64,000 bases of DNA from Klebsormidium nitens (lineage: Eukaryota; Plantae; Klebsormidiophyceae), in the NCBI GenBank assembly GCA_000708835.1, contig DF237375.1:1-64000 (forward strand). The letters are read 5' to 3'. Under the pieces are notes generated by a model, which was not told where the DNA came from, ran no database searches, and saw nothing but the letters and a program-made list of their open reading frames with translations. A program made the position numbers and the translations under genes. Positions within the stretch are counted from its first letter, which is position 1. Each line of letters opens with the position of its first letter. Positions 61,959-64,000 of this stretch are shown here, piece by piece.

Positions 61959-62795
61959 ACGTGCTATCCTTATACGTGACCACCCTCCATATGCGCAGCA
62001 TCAATGCTGCCGGACTAGATCCCAGCTTTCTGCCTGATGTAACGACTTGGTGGTAAGGTCAAATTTGGCCATGCACATCCGGATCGGAATGCTTGGGTGG
62101 GGCCTTCGCTTCATTGACAATACCGTATATGAAGCTCCGAGCATTACTAGTCCTTCCATGGTCTGACCATGATTCTTTGTGCATCTTAGGGTGATTCTCA
62201 ATTGTCAAGCATCCGACCAACATCGTGAATTTCAATTTATGTCTAAGGGGCGCTGACTCCTTGCGAACCGTCCGTCCATCATGAAGCGAACCATAACCTA
62301 TGCAACACCGTTGATTGGTTGGCGAGGCTTTGCAGCGTTCGTCGTGAAACATGCACTGATTGGTAGCCTTGCAATATGCATTTGAGGGCCGCGCATATCA
62401 CTTAGGACAACATGTGTTTCAAATGCACACCCGCGTGTAACTTGCATTCGCGAGGGGCATAAGTTGTTCATCAGAATCCGTTCCCGCAGGAGTCACTATT
62501 CAGCGCGTGTGTAGCAGCTAGTCAATCATGACTCAGCCCCAGTGTAGATTGATTGCAGGCCTGCACTGACAGCTGCATATGCCGACTCGATTATGCAAGG
62601 GCCGTACCCAACAGCTCTTAGGAGCAACCTTTGTCTGACCTCTTCAGCCTTGGAACTTTCTAAGCCATTCGCTTGTATAAGCAATTCAAATCGAAAACTC
62701 GTATCCATCATGGAGGGGTTATTGCTGACGGTTAGTCCTTCTAGTTCCTAGTGTCCACCTGCTGCTGCAGAAATGATCTTGACAGTAATGATGCT

Positions 62796-63196
62796 CTACT
62801 CCGGCTCGCAGAACTCTGCTTCTTGGGGCTCCTTGAAAGCCTTTTTGGGCCTCGTTTTTGGCAACGCCGTAGCTCTTGTCGCTCCTACGTACCAGTAAAA
62901 GTTCTCCTTGTCGCCGTCTACTGTAATCGAGTGCACCGGCAGCCAGAAGAGCAGCTTCGTTTTCATGCCTTCAATCTCGTCTAGACCTTCCACTGCCACT
63001 CTTGCCGTTATCTTCTGTGCATAGTACACTACCGAGTTGTCAGCGTACGTCACCTCACACTCACCCGGCAACTCGACTACGAATTTGCACGTGTCCTCGT
63101 TGAAGCTGAAGTTCGTCACGCCCTTGGGGAAGATCCCCCTTGGCAGACCCATGGACTCCAAGTAACCATACGCGTCTTTCTTAGAGGCGCGGGTTC
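62796..63196 (-). CDS. DUF538 family protein, last exon; upstream exon(s) not resolved
   Basis: AYGYLESMGLPRGIFPKGVTNFSFNEDTCKFVVELPGECEV...YAQKIT...IEGMKTKLLFWLPVHSI; acceptor CAG at 63197-63199. Confidence 0.8.
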
Positions 63197-64000
63197 CTGT
63201 CGAGTAGAGCGGTAATCAAAACCAAAAAAATCAAGGTTGAGAAAGCACAGCAGGCATAAGACCAGGATACACTATGAAGCCAGATCGAAAAGATGAGCCC
63301 AGACAGCACAATCAGAAAGCTGATCCAGACTCGAACTCAACCAAGATGCTAGAGGTCTAGCAGTGTTCATTTGAGCACCTGGGATGTCAAGGATCTAAAT
63401 GAACCTGGAACCAGCTAAATCCTTTGTTACGAGGCACGTGGCATGATAGAACAGAAAAGACAACGTGGGCTCGCATAGATACTTTTGAAAGAAAGAGGAT
63501 GATCTGACTTTGAGCTCTTGACAAGAGCACCTGAATGCTCTTTAGCTCCCGTTTCAGGGCCACGCAACTTCACTCACAGAACAAGAGAGGTACCGACACC
63601 CCCGACACGAACGGTTCCAGAATCAAGCGCCTCTATAACTAACAGGAGCCTGTCTAGCTGGAGCTTCGAGAAAGAATGAACGGTGACATCATGCTGTGGG
63701 GACTTACCCAGCGAAGTGAATGCTTTCCCAGCATTCTTTGCCATGTTCTGCGTATGGTACATAGAACAATCAGAGTCAGTCCGGCTTTTAGGAAGACACA
63801 GCCTTGGAGCCATCTGTCTGCAGTTGTAATCCTGCCTCCCTGACCTCATCAGCATATAATGAGGCACGGCTCTTTAACAACCATCATGTCTCGGTCAACC
63901 ATTGAATTTGATAAGCATCAAAGCTTTTGAGCACCAAATTTCAGCTGGCTTGAAAACCAGAAGCCAATAGAAGTGCTCCTGTCTTGAAGCCTAACAACAA

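Noticed and set aside
1-64000. Prokaryotic origin, operons, tRNA or rRNA genes
   Set aside because: Host genes have GT-AG introns, and no tRNA or rRNA signature was recognised by eye.

Overview
Intron-rich eukaryotic nuclear DNA. The gene mix suggests a streptophyte (charophyte) green alga such as Klebsormidium (inference): plant-type endo-beta-mannosidase, thylakoid FKBP17, DUF538 and F-box/LysM genes sit beside ABCD4, CblD and PLD-type PGS1, which flowering plants are not known to keep. In order: a decayed AT-rich LINE (RT, RNase H, CCHC finger, OTU protease; 1-~4 kb); F-box/LysM gene (+); C-terminal RING gene (-); a 536-bp foldback element; a Cys-rich single-pass membrane protein (+); an orphan Q/A/G-rich protein (-); PGS1 (-); EBM/GH2 (+); FKBP17 (-); an expansin-like gene (-); ABCD4 (-); a methyltransferase-riboflavin kinase fusion (+); a DUF538 exon (-). 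Top finding: the ABCD4 (CblJ, lysosomal vitamin B12 exporter) orthologue carries a MMADHC/CblD B12-chaperone domain between its membrane domain and ATPase domain, all inside one uninterrupted exon. This suggests a fused B12 export and hand-off module. Also notable: the probably plastid-targeted MTase-RFK fusion head-to-head with it, the OTU-bearing LINE, and tandem decaying copies of splice junctions in introns of four unrelated genes. All assignments come from manual translation and motif recognition; no searches were run.
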